DNA of 64,000 nucleotides from an uncultured delta proteobacterium (GCA_963776345.1 CAVZMH010000017.1:64001-128000), one strand, 5' to 3'; positions 1 through 11,851 are shown, counted from the first letter of the stretch. Program-made: numbers and translations. Notes: generated from the letters alone by a model not told the origin.

Positions 1-567
1 CCCCGCCTCGATGGTCTTGCCGAGGCCCACCTCGTCGGCGAGCACGAACCGGGGACGGCGGGCGGACAGCACCCGCTGGACCACACCGACCTGGTGCGGC
101 TTCACCATCACCCGGCTGGCGAGCAGCGCACCGAGCGCGTCGTTCCTCCGCTCCTCGTCGAGGGTGAGTGCCTGGCGGCGGAGGAGGAAGGCGCGCGCGT
201 CGGCCACCCGGCCCTCACGCAACATGGTGAGGAGGTCGGTGACCGGGACGGGCGCCTGCACCTCGGACTCCGGGAGCTCGTCGTCGGTCCCGTCCTCGTA
301 GCGAAGGACGTAGCGGCGCAGCCCGCGGCCGCCGGCCTCCTCGCCGGTGATGGTGGCCGCCTTGCCCTTCGCGGTGCGGACCCGGTCGCCCGGGACGAAC
401 GGATGTGCCACCAGCGCGTTGCCCCGCGTGGAGACGAGCGTGGCCTGCGACCGGCCGGGGAAGAGAACCTCGGCCACGGCGCCGCCCTCGAGGGTGCGGA
501 CGAGATGGCCCACGCCCCATTCGGGCTGCAGGACGTAGCGAACCTTCATGCCCGGGACGAACGCCAC
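1..567 (-). CDS. SNF2-family (RapA/HepA-like) helicase, N-terminal part; runs off the window edge
   Basis: Manual translation from GTG 567: MAFVPGMKVRY...VKPHQVGVVQRVL...RFVLADEVGLGKTIEAG (Q motif and SNF2 motif I). Confidence 0.88.
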   Translation of the reverse strand, partial: MAFVPGMKVRYVLQPEWGVGHLVRTLEGGAVAEVLFPGRSQATLVSTRGNALVAHPFVPGDRVRTAKGKAATITGEEAGGRGLRRYVLRYEDGTDDELPESEVQAPVPVTDLLTMLREGRVADARAFLLRRQALTLDEERRNDALGALLASRVMVKPHQVGVVQRVLSARRPRFVLADEVGLGKTIEAG

Positions 568-696
568 GGGCAGGCGTTTGCTCCGCTTCGGGCACGCACG
601 CAAGCGTCGTGGACGGCCCGGCGCGAGTCTGACGTACGACTCCGGTCGCACTTGCGTCGCGTGGCCGGAGCACGCCCCTCCGGGGGAGGTCCGGGG

Positions 697-740
697 GAGG
701 TGTCAAACACCTCGTTACCAGGTGCCAGGCACCTCGTCAC
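697..740. repeat. REP-like palindrome doublet
   Basis: GAGGTGTcaaACACCTC-GTTAC followed by AGGTGCcagGCACCT-CGTCAC; related copies at 5678 and 16721. Confidence 0.7.
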
Positions 741-807
741 CAACCGCGTGACCACGGAGCGACCCGGCGGGGCGGACCTGAACGGCGGCGAGGACCGGCG
801 GCGTCCC

Positions 808-2118
808 TCAGCGATCGGCCTGCCCGGCAGACCCGGGCGTCGACTGCTGCTGCGGCTTGAGCCCGTGGAGGGTCAGCGCGTTCTCCCGGAGCACTCCCTT
901 GCCGATCTCCAGCGCCTGCGCCCTGGTGATGAGCCCGTCACTGATCATCCGCGAGAGGGCCAGCGACAGCGCCGCCCGGGTCGTCTCGGCGCCGAGGAAG
1001 GTGAGCTCGGGCCAGCGCAGCTGCGGCGCGCTCGGGTCGGAGGCCGCATCGGTGGCGAAGCAGACGCGCTCCGGGGCGAGCTCGAACCAGCGCCGGAGCG
1101 ACTCGCCCAGCTCGGTCGGCGAGCGCACCAGGTCCTGCACGCTCACGTCCGCGTAGACGTTGGGCCGGAGCAGCAGGGGCCCGGTCTCCTTGTCGAACGG
1201 GAAGCCGCCGTGGACCAGGAGCCACCTGGTCTTCTGGAGCGTCGGATCGGCCATCGCCGACCCGAGCAGGATCGGATTGCCGTTGCCCACGATGCCGGTG
1301 GCGTCGCGCGACATGCCGGTCTTGATGTGCACCACCAGCCCGACCCGCCCGGCCTCGCGCGCGAGGTACCGGAAGGTGTAGTCCTGGAAGGCCTTGAGGT
1401 CCGCCGGGCTGGCGCCGAACTCGCCACCGACGACCAGCCGGCCGTAGGCGGAGCGCGCGGCCTCGGCGTTCACCTGGTCGAAGTCGAGCCCGCGCCATGC
1501 GGAGACGCCGAGGTCGATGCCCACCGCACCGTCGGCGACCCAGCGCTCGAGCGCGCCGGTCACCACCTTGCCCAGGTACTCGTCGAGCCCCTTGGGCAAG
1601 GTGTACATCCGCGCGGCGATGAAGAACGGCTTCAGCGCCTCGGCCGAATCCTGGGCGAACGGCCGGAGGAAGACGTCGGCCCGGGGCACGAAGCGGAAGC
1701 GCGCCATGCCCTTCCCGGTGAGCGGCTCGCCGGAGACGATGGCCATCTCGATGTTCGCCTGGTCGAGCATGCGGTTGGAGAACTCGTCGCCGAGGTCCTC
1801 GACGAGCAGCTCGCGGGCCTGCTGCAGCGCGGCCATGTGCTTCTCGGAGGTGTCGGGGACGTTGACCTTGTAGAGCAGCTTCCAGGCGCGGGCCCACTCG
1901 GGGCCCACGCCGCGGAGGCGGAGGGGGAGCTCGGCCGCGTTGCGCTGCTGGGCGAGCGCCTTTCCCGCCGGCTCCACGCGGTTGATCAGGAGGTGGGAGT
2001 GGGCGTCCACCGCCTTGACCTTGGCCAGCTCGGCCAGGAGCCCGCGATCGGCCGACTGGGCGAGGACGGTGGAGGGCAGGACGACGGCGACGAGGAGCGG
2101 AGCGAGCCGGCGGACCAT
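808..2118 (-). CDS. Secreted amidohydrolase-family protein
   Basis: Signal-peptide-like N-terminus; VDAHSH, LVHGGFP and FATDA motifs; ENA..L.G C-terminus. Confidence 0.8.
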   Translation of the reverse strand: MVRRLAPLLVAVVLPSTVLAQSADRGLLAELAKVKAVDAHSHLLINRVEPAGKALAQQRNAAELPLRLRGVGPEWARAWKLLYKVNVPDTSEKHMAALQQARELLVEDLGDEFSNRMLDQANIEMAIVSGEPLTGKGMARFRFVPRADVFLRPFAQDSAEALKPFFIAARMYTLPKGLDEYLGKVVTGALERWVADGAVGIDLGVSAWRGLDFDQVNAEAARSAYGRLVVGGEFGASPADLKAFQDYTFRYLAREAGRVGLVVHIKTGMSRDATGIVGNGNPILLGSAMADPTLQKTRWLLVHGGFPFDKETGPLLLRPNVYADVSVQDLVRSPTELGESLRRWFELAPERVCFATDAASDPSAPQLRWPELTFLGAETTRAALSLALSRMISDGLITRAQALEIGKGVLRENALTLHGLKPQQQSTPGSAGQADR

Positions 2119-2164
2119 GGGTCGCAAGCCTCTCACGGCTCCCCCACCCTCGCCATCCGGCGCC

Positions 2165-3463
2165 TCAGCCGAGCAGCGGGATCAGGCTCCGGTAGAAGGG
2201 ACGGAAGTCGCCGCGCGCGCCGAGCAGGCGGAGGTTCTGCTGCAGGCCGCCGAACGCGCGGAAGAACATCACCCCCTCCGCGGGCGGACGGATCTTCAGG
2301 AACTGCGCGGCGTGCCGGGCGAAGAGCTTCCGGCTGTCGGGGGCCATGGTGTCGTGTGCGTAGTCGTAGTCGTCGGTGCGCAGCGCGCGGCCCGCGAGGT
2401 GGATCATCTTCTCGAGCAGCGGGCGCGCCTCGTCGTCCGGCACGTCGACCGTGAAGCCGACCCGCCGCACCAGCGCCAGCACGTCGATGGGCTGCTGCTC
2501 GAGGACGAGGCGGAAGACGTCGCGGTGCCCCTCGAAGAACTCGCGGCTGAAGCGCTTCACGCTCCCGAAGTCGAGGACTCCGAGGCGCCCGTCGGGCATG
2601 ACCATGAAGTTCCCCGGGTGCGGATCGGCGTGCACCGTGCCGTCCACGAGGAACGAGCCGTGGATGGCGCGGATGAGCTGGCCCGAGACCCGCAGCCGTT
2701 CGGCGTTGTCCGGGTGCGAGGTGAGGAAGGTCTTCAGAGTGTGCCCGGGCAGGAACTGCATCGTCAGCACCCGGGTGCTGGTGCGCTCGACGACGATCTC
2801 CGGGATGACGATGTCCGGAAGGCCGGCAGAGGCCTGGGCGAAGTCGCGGGCGAGGCGGCCCTCGCGGCTGTAGTCGAGCTCGTGGGCCAGCTCCTCGGCC
2901 AGCTCACGGAAGTACTGCCGCCCGTCGAGCGCCCGGTGGGTCAGGGCCATGGTCCTCACCACCAGGCCCAGATTGTCGATGTCGCTCCGGAGCGCCCGAT
3001 CGATGCCCGGGTACTGGATCTTCACCACCACCTCACGGCCGTCGTGCAGCCGGGCGCGGTGGACCTGCCCCAGGCTGGCAGCGGCCATCGGCTCGCGGCG
3101 GAACTCGGCGAAGAGCGCGTCGGGGCTGCCGCCCAGCTCGTCCTCGATGACCTGGGCCACCCGCTCGAACGGCATGGGCGGGGCCTCGTTCTGCAGCCGG
3201 GCGAGCACGGCGCGGATCTCGGGCGGGAAGAGGTCGACGTCCATGCTGGCCGCCTGGCCGAGCTTCATCGCCGCGCCCTTCAGGTCGCCGAGCGTCTCCA
3301 CCAGCCTCTCGGCGGTGCCCATCGACATGCTGGTCGGGTCGAACCCGGCCAGCCGCTTCACCCCGCGGGTGAGGGCGTCGCTGCCGAGCTGGGCGCCCAG
3401 GCCGGCCAGCTTGCGCAGCCGCGCGAGGCGTGAGGACGGCGGCCCGTCCGGTTGCTTGGCCAT
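2165..3463 (-). CDS. ABC1/AarF/UbiB-family atypical kinase
   Basis: LKGAAMKLGQ, AAASLGQVHRA, VVVKIQYPG, HADPHPGN, LDFG. Confidence 0.92.
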   Translation of the reverse strand: MAKQPDGPPSSRLARLRKLAGLGAQLGSDALTRGVKRLAGFDPTSMSMGTAERLVETLGDLKGAAMKLGQAASMDVDLFPPEIRAVLARLQNEAPPMPFERVAQVIEDELGGSPDALFAEFRREPMAAASLGQVHRARLHDGREVVVKIQYPGIDRALRSDIDNLGLVVRTMALTHRALDGRQYFRELAEELAHELDYSREGRLARDFAQASAGLPDIVIPEIVVERTSTRVLTMQFLPGHTLKTFLTSHPDNAERLRVSGQLIRAIHGSFLVDGTVHADPHPGNFMVMPDGRLGVLDFGSVKRFSREFFEGHRDVFRLVLEQQPIDVLALVRRVGFTVDVPDDEARPLLEKMIHLAGRALRTDDYDYAHDTMAPDSRKLFARHAAQFLKIRPPAEGVMFFRAFGGLQQNLRLLGARGDFRPFYRSLIPLLG

Positions 3464-3571
3464 TTGGTCCGGGCGACATAACGACCGACCCGTCGGGACG
3501 CGGTCCGATGTCGAAGGGCCGCTGATGCCAGCATGTCGTCGGGGCGAGGGACCGTGCTACGCCAGCGCGCG

Positions 3572-4858
3572 ATGGAGCGGTCGGGACAGGCGTCGGGGCC
3601 GGAGAGCTGGGGCCGGTACCCCCGGGTGGCGCAAGAGGCATGGCCGCTGGCGTGGGCGGACGATCCGCTCCCCTCCGGCGCGCCGGTGCTGGCGTACGGG
3701 ATGGGCCGCAGCTACGGCGACAGCTGCCTGAACGCCGACGGGCCGGTGCTCCTGACGCGCGCGCTGAGGCGCTTCCTGTCGTTCGACGCGGACGCCGGGG
3801 TGCTACGGGCCGAGGCGGGCACCTCGCTCGGAGAGGTGACCGAGCTGGCCCTGGGCAAGGGGTGGCTGCCACCGGTATTGCCGGGGACGCAGTTCGTCAC
3901 CCTGGGCGGGGCGGTGGCGAACGACATCCACGGCAAGAACCACCACCGGGCCGGCGCGTTCGGGCGGTACGTCCGGGCGCTGGGGCTCCGGCGGAGCGAC
4001 GGGAGCGTCCACGCGCTCCACGCGGGCGAGCCGCTGTTCGAGGCCACGGTGGCGGGGCTCGGGCTGACCGGGCTCATCACCTGGGTGGAGCTCCAGCTCG
4101 AGCGGGTGCCGAGCGGGTGGGTGGAGGCGGAGGCGGTGCGCTTCCGCTCGCTCGACGAGCTGGAGGCGCTAGACGACGTGGCGCGAGCGACGCACGCCTA
4201 CACGGTGGCCTGGATCGACGGGCTTGCGCGGGGCCGGGCGCTGGGGCGCGGCGTGTACTTCCGGGGCAACCTGGCCGAGGGACCCGCGACCCCGCCGCGG
4301 CGCCCGAGCCCGAGGAACGTCCCGCTCGAGGCACCGGATTTTCTCATGTCGCCGCTCCTCCTCCGCGCCTTCAACGCGCTCTACGACCACCTGCCGCGGG
4401 GGCGCTCGCGCGCCTCGGTGTGGAAGTTCTTCCATCCGCTCGACGCGCTCGGGGGCTGGAACCGTCTCTACGGGCGGCGCGGCTTCTTCCAGCACCAGTC
4501 GGTGGTGCCGGACATGGAGGGCGTGCGGGCGCTGCTCGCGCTGACGTCGACGCGAGGGCAGGGCGCGTTCCTCTCGGTGCTGAAGCGCTTCGGCTCGCTG
4601 TCCTCGCCCGGGATGCTGTCGTTCCCGCGCCCGGGATGGACGCTCGCCCTGGACGTGCCGAACCGTGGCGAGGAGACGCTGGCCTACCTCGACGAGATGG
4701 ACGCGGCGGTGCGGACCTACGGCGGGGCGATGTACCCCGCCAAGGACGCGCGGATGTCGGGCGAGACCTTCCGGCTCGGGTATCCGCGACTGGACGCGTT
4801 CGCGGCGTTCGTCGACCCGGGGTTCCGCTCCCGCTTTTGGGCCCGGGTGATGGGATGA
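3572..4858 (+). CDS. FAD-linked oxidase, DprE1 (decaprenylphosphoryl-ribose oxidase)-like
   Basis: GMGRSYGD, PGTQFVTLGGAVANDIHGKNHH, LSVLKRFG, LSFP, YPAKDARM. Confidence 0.88.
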   Translation: MERSGQASGPESWGRYPRVAQEAWPLAWADDPLPSGAPVLAYGMGRSYGDSCLNADGPVLLTRALRRFLSFDADAGVLRAEAGTSLGEVTELALGKGWLPPVLPGTQFVTLGGAVANDIHGKNHHRAGAFGRYVRALGLRRSDGSVHALHAGEPLFEATVAGLGLTGLITWVELQLERVPSGWVEAEAVRFRSLDELEALDDVARATHAYTVAWIDGLARGRALGRGVYFRGNLAEGPATPPRRPSPRNVPLEAPDFLMSPLLLRAFNALYDHLPRGRSRASVWKFFHPLDALGGWNRLYGRRGFFQHQSVVPDMEGVRALLALTSTRGQGAFLSVLKRFGSLSSPGMLSFPRPGWTLALDVPNRGEETLAYLDEMDAAVRTYGGAMYPAKDARMSGETFRLGYPRLDAFAAFVDPGFRSRFWARVMG

Positions 4859-5604
4859 GCGCGCCCCGCCGGGTGCTCGTGCTCGGGGCGACGAGCGGCA
4901 TCGCCCAGGCGGTGGCCCGGGTGTACGCGGCGGACGGAGCACGGCTGGCGCTGGTGGCGCGCTCGGCGGAGCACCTGGCTGCGGTGGCGAGCGACCTCGC
5001 GGTGCGGGGCGCGGAGGTGGTGCTGCAGCGGACCGCCGACTTCCGTGAGCTCGAGCGGCACCGGAGGCTGATGTCCGAGGCCGAGGCGGCGCTGGACGGG
5101 CTCGACGTGGTGCTGGTGGCGCAGGGCGTCCTGCCGGACCAGCAGTCCTGTCAGGACGACCCGCGGCGAGCGGTGGCCTCGTGGGAGGTGAACTTCGTCA
5201 GCGCCGCGAGCCTGATGGAGGCCGCGGCCGAGCGGATGGCCGTGGCGCGCCGGGGGACGCTCGGCGTGCTCTCCAGCGTCGCGGGAGAACGGGGCCGCGC
5301 GGACAACTACGTGTACGGCGCGTCGAAGGCGGCGCTGACCGCCTACGCGGGCGGACTCGGTCACCGGCTCCGGGGCTCCGGGGTCACCGTGGTGACCATC
5401 AAGCCGGGACCGGTGGACACGCCGATGACCGCTGGCCGGAAACGCACTCCCCGGCTGGTGGCCGACGTGGACGTGGTGGGCCGACGCATCCACGGGGCCC
5501 TCGAGCGCGGCGCGCGGATGCTCTACGTGCCCGGGAAGTGGCGCTGGATCATGGCCGTGATCCGGGTGCTCCCCATCCGCCTGTTCGAGCGGCTCAAGTT
5601 CTAG
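4855..5604 (+). CDS. Short-chain dehydrogenase, DprE2-like
   Basis: LGATSGIA, SSVAGERGR, YGASK, KPGPVDTPMT; ATGA overlap with the upstream oxidase. Confidence 0.88.
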   Translation: MSAPRRVLVLGATSGIAQAVARVYAADGARLALVARSAEHLAAVASDLAVRGAEVVLQRTADFRELERHRRLMSEAEAALDGLDVVLVAQGVLPDQQSCQDDPRRAVASWEVNFVSAASLMEAAAERMAVARRGTLGVLSSVAGERGRADNYVYGASKAALTAYAGGLGHRLRGSGVTVVTIKPGPVDTPMTAGRKRTPRLVADVDVVGRRIHGALERGARMLYVPGKWRWIMAVIRVLPIRLFERLKF

Positions 5605-5647
5605 AGCGCTCCGGAGCGGAGCTCGACCGCCCCGCCACGAGCTGCTC

Positions 5648-5699
5648 GTCACGAGGCTCGTAACTCGTAACGAGGCCGTAACGAGGTGTTTGACACCTC
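5648..5699. repeat. REP-like palindrome preceded by degenerate GTAACGAGG repeats
   Basis: GTAACGAGGTGTttgACACCTC (5678-5699) is the exact reverse complement of 697-718. Confidence 0.75.
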
Positions 5700-5761
5700 G
5701 GAGAGAGCTCCAACGCCTTGATCTCCTTTGCTTTTCAGACCACCGCCTCGGCCCTGATTAG

Positions 5762-5790
5762 TTGACAGTACATCCTGTCTTGACGATAGT
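5762..5790 (+). promoter_or_regulatory. Putative sigma70-type promoter with an operator in its spacer
   Basis: TTGACA-N17-GATAGT; inverted repeat GACAG-N6-CTGTC at 5764-5779; ATG lies 7 nt downstream. Confidence 0.5.
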
Positions 5791-5797
5791 GCCGGTC

Positions 5798-6436
5798 ATG
5801 CATGCCGGCGGGCAGGCCTGGGTTGAGGTCGTCGACGCGCCCGGACCGGCCTCGGCGCTGCTGGATCCGGCCCGGCTCCGCATCTTGTCGGCGCTCCGGG
5901 AGCCCGACTCGAGCGCCGGCGTGGCCCGGACGCTCGGGCTGCCACGGCAGCGGGTGGGACACCACGTCCGGTCGCTCGAGGCCGCCGGGTTTCTCACCTG
6001 CGTGGGCGAGCGGAAGAAGCGGAACTGCGTGGAGCGGCTGCTCCAGGCCACCGCCCGCTCCTACGTCCTCGCGCCCCAGCTCCTCGGACAGCTCGGGCTC
6101 CCGGCCGACGGATTCCAGGACCGGTTCTCCAGCGCCTACCTGCTCGCCGCCGCCACCCGGGTGATCCAGGAGGTGAGCACGCTCCGGCCCCGCGCCGAGG
6201 CCGCCGGGAAGAAGCTCCCCACGCTCACGCTCCAGACCGAGGTGCGCTTCTCCTCGGCCCGCTCGCAGAACGAGTTCCTCGACGAGCTGCTCACCACCTT
6301 CGCGGAGCTCGTCGCGAAGCACCACCAGCCCGAGGCCGCCGCGGGCCGCTCGTTCCGGATCTCGCTCTTCGGACATCCGGCGCTCGCGACCTCGCCGCCC
6401 GCCGCGACTCCGCCACCCGAGGAGACGACGTCATGA
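5798..6436 (+). CDS. ArsR-like winged-helix transcriptional regulator
   Basis: LLDPARLRILSALREPDSSAGVAR...RQRVGHHVRSLEAAG; ATGA overlap with an SRPBCC gene. Confidence 0.85.
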   Translation: MHAGGQAWVEVVDAPGPASALLDPARLRILSALREPDSSAGVARTLGLPRQRVGHHVRSLEAAGFLTCVGERKKRNCVERLLQATARSYVLAPQLLGQLGLPADGFQDRFSSAYLLAAATRVIQEVSTLRPRAEAAGKKLPTLTLQTEVRFSSARSQNEFLDELLTTFAELVAKHHQPEAAAGRSFRISLFGHPALATSPPAATPPPEETTS

Positions 6437-6880
6437 GCACCCCGCCCGCGAAGCCGCCCCGCACTCTCACGCTCGAGGCCCTTCTCCCCGCCACGCCCGA
6501 GCAGCTGTCGCGGATGCTCACCGATCCCGCCGAGCTCGCGCGGTGGTTCGCGCCGTTCGTCGACGGTTCCGGACGGGTCGGTGACCTCCTGACCCTCGGC
6601 TGGGGCCCAGACGTCGTGTGGCGCACGCGCCTGGAGGCAATCGAGCCGGGCCGGCTCGTCCGCTGGCGCGACGCACCCCCCGAGGACCAGAAGAACGGGC
6701 CACCGGGGGGGATGGTGATCGAGTGGACGCTCACCGCCGAGCCCGGAGCCGGGCAGGACGGGGCCCGTCCAGACGGGCCTCTGGCTCAGCACCTGGAGCC
6801 TCGACCCCGGACGCCTGGACGCGGTCAGGGCGGGCCTCCGGGCGGTGGCGGACGCGGTGTTCGGTCCCGCGCCGGACTGA
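6433..6880 (+). pseudogene. SRPBCC (Aha1/START-like) protein with apparent internal deletion and frameshift
   Basis: N-terminal LTDPAELARWF...IEPGRLVRW...IEWTLTAEPG; a protein-like C-terminus (EPGRTGPVQTGLWLSTWSLD...AVFGPAPD*) continues in another frame from 6746 to 6880. Confidence 0.6.
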
Positions 6881-7120
6881 GCGACGGGCCTTGCCCCGGG
6901 GAGGCCTCGGGGCCGCTCATCGGGTCCAGCAGCCGCACCCCCCGACGTCCCAGGGGCCCCTGCGTCCAACACTTCTAGTCCGGGCCCGGGGTGTGCTATG
7001 CGCGCGCCCGCCACGGGAGGGGGGCTGAGCTCCCCGGATTCCCGCGGAACGAGGCTGCGCTGAAGCGTCCGCGCGAGGCGGGCGGCCAACCCCTCGATTT
7101 CCTCTCGAGGAGATGTGCAC

Positions 7121-9595
<2,475 letters not shown>

Positions 9596-9690
9596 CAGCC
9601 ACTCTCGCCTCACCGGCGCCCGGCCCGGAGCAACCATGCTCGAGGGCGGGCGTCGCCGGCTGCATGGCAGGCACGGTAAGCCCTGGACCC

Positions 9691-10638
9691 ATGAGCAACG
9701 AGCCCTGCAGGGTGCGCACGGGGGTGCCGGCGGCGATGCTGCTCTTCCTGGGCGCCGCGTGCGCGCACGCCCCGGGTCCGTCCGCCGGCGGGACCATCGC
9801 CCAGGTGAACGTGATCCCGGACTTCCTCGCGGCGTGGGACTCGGTCCGCACGGCGCCGCGGGCCGAGCAGGTGGCGCGCACGCGGCAGGCGCTCCTGGCC
9901 TCGCATCCGGAGCTGTTCGGTCCCGAGGTCTTCGGTCCGGTGAACGCGCTCGACCGAAGGCTGGAGATGCTGCTGGTGGAGATGCCGCGGCTCGAGCCGA
10001 AGCTCCGGGCGCTCTCCGAGCGGATGCCCGGCGAGCTGGAGCGCAGCGCGCGGCGCTTCCTGGACGAGTTCCCCGAGCTGGACTGGGCGGGGCCCGGAGC
10101 GCTGAGCCTTTCTATGAGTCAGTTCGAGGCGGTGTGGAGGACGGTGGCCGGCCGGCGCACGCTGGTGCTGGGGCTGGACGCCATCGCCTTCTACCGGGGG
10201 CCGTACGCGCCGGTGGACCCGGTCGTCCATCACGCCCTGGCCTCCGCCCTCCTCCCCGGCTGGAAGGGATCCGGTCCCGCGCCCCTGTGGTGGGCGGTGT
10301 GGGAGGAGGGCTTCCCGCTCGCCGCCGTCCGCACCATGGACCCCGGCGCGAGCGACGCGGATCTCCGGCTGCCGGAGCAGGGCCGCGACCCGGCGTACCT
10401 CGCCGCGCTGGCCCGGCGCGTCCGGGGCGCGCTCGACTCGACGCGCGAGGCGGACCGGGGCGCCGTGACCGGTGCATCCAGCGGGGCGACGGCCGGTGCA
10501 GGCCGCTGGCTCGCGCTCCGGGTCGGGCAGCAAGTCCTGGCCGGGCGCTCGCTCCACGACGCCGCACGACTCGGCGGCCCGCAGCTGCGCGCGGCCATCG
10601 ACGCCGCCCTCGCCGCGCTGGAGCGCCCCGGCAGCTGA
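9691..10638 (+). CDS. Hypothetical lipoprotein (degenerate Zn-protease/DUF2268-like)
   Basis: Lipobox-like LGAAC; GC3-rich codons; WWAVWEEG motif but no HExxH. Confidence 0.6.
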   Translation: MSNEPCRVRTGVPAAMLLFLGAACAHAPGPSAGGTIAQVNVIPDFLAAWDSVRTAPRAEQVARTRQALLASHPELFGPEVFGPVNALDRRLEMLLVEMPRLEPKLRALSERMPGELERSARRFLDEFPELDWAGPGALSLSMSQFEAVWRTVAGRRTLVLGLDAIAFYRGPYAPVDPVVHHALASALLPGWKGSGPAPLWWAVWEEGFPLAAVRTMDPGASDADLRLPEQGRDPAYLAALARRVRGALDSTREADRGAVTGASSGATAGAGRWLALRVGQQVLAGRSLHDAARLGGPQLRAAIDAALAALERPGS

Positions 10639-10927
10639 CCGACGGTCGACGGTTGCCCAGGACTGAGACGGGCGGGCCAGGCTCGCGCGCGCTGGCGAGG
10701 GATGTGAAGACCTGGCTCGCCGGTCAGCATCCGTCACCCACGGACCCGGAACCTCGGCGCGAGGCCTCGCCGGGCCCCTGACCTCCGGCGGAGGGACGCA
10801 TCGCCGGACGTTCCCGGGGCGACCACGGGGCGAGCGCTCCTCACGGCTTGGCGCGCTCCGGACCACCGTGTTAACGCCCCTGCCCCGCCGAGGGAGGAGC
10901 CGAAAGAACGCCGTGGGCAACGCCGGG

Positions 10928-11851
10928 ATGTCACTCTTGCGCTTCACCTTCCTCGGCACGTCGGCCGCCCAGCCGACGATCCACCGGAACCTGTCCGGCA
11001 TGGCAGTGAAGGCCGACTCGGACCTCCTGCTCTTCGACTGCGGCGAGGGAAGCCAGCGGCAGATGATCCGCTACGGCACCGGCTTCTCGGTGGACGCGGT
11101 CTTCTTCACCCACTTCCACGCCGACCACTACCTGGGGATCATCGGCTTCTTGCGCACCCTGGGGATGATGGGCCGCGAGGAGAAGCTGGTGCTCCACGGC
11201 CCGGCGCCGGCGAAGCGGCTCCTGAACCAGGCGGTGCACCTCGGCGTGGACCAGCTCGGGTTCCCGCTGGAGATCATCGAGCTGAAGGACGGCGACCGCA
11301 TCCAGCGGCACGGCTACTCGGTCCGCGCGGTCGGGGTGCAGCACCGCATCAACGCCCTCGGCTTCGTGCTCGAGGAAGACGTCCGGGCAGGCCGCTTCCA
11401 CCTCGAGCGCGCCCGGGCGCTGGGCGTGCGGGAGGGGCCGGACTTCGGCCGGCTGCAGCGGGGCGAGTCGGTGGTCGCGCTCGACGGGAAGACGGTGACG
11501 CCGGCGGACGTGATGGGGCCCACCCGGCCCGGGCGGAAGCTGGTGCTCTCGGGAGACACCCGCCCCTGCGAGGCGATGGCCGAGGCCGCGCACCAGGCGG
11601 ACATCCTCATCCACGAGTCGACCTTCTCCGACGACGACCAGGCCCGGGCGCTGGAGACCAGGCACTCGACGGCGCGGGAGGCGGGGCGCATCGCGCACCA
11701 GGCGGGCGCGCACCGGCTCATCCTCACCCACCTCAGCTCGCGGTACGACACCGACTTCGGGCGGCTCCTGACCCAGGCGCGAGAGGAGTACGCGGGCCCG
11801 GTGGAGGTCGCCCACGACGGCCTCACCGTGGACATCCCGGTCCGCGAGTGA
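10928..11851 (+). CDS. rnz: Ribonuclease Z
   Basis: FLGTSAAQPT, FDCGEG, THFHADH, SGDTRP, HESTF, HST, LTHLSSRY; exosite GP motif. Confidence 0.93.
   Translation: MSLLRFTFLGTSAAQPTIHRNLSGMAVKADSDLLLFDCGEGSQRQMIRYGTGFSVDAVFFTHFHADHYLGIIGFLRTLGMMGREEKLVLHGPAPAKRLLNQAVHLGVDQLGFPLEIIELKDGDRIQRHGYSVRAVGVQHRINALGFVLEEDVRAGRFHLERARALGVREGPDFGRLQRGESVVALDGKTVTPADVMGPTRPGRKLVLSGDTRPCEAMAEAAHQADILIHESTFSDDDQARALETRHSTAREAGRIAHQAGAHRLILTHLSSRYDTDFGRLLTQAREEYAGPVEVAHDGLTVDIPVRE

Noticed and set aside
94..2454. 786-aa plus-strand ORF and many other long overlapping ORFs (e.g. 7130-9637, 51417-54977, 58730-61027)
   Set aside because: These are antisense or alternative-frame shadows of real genes. High GC3 suppresses stop codons, and the translations carry no family motifs.
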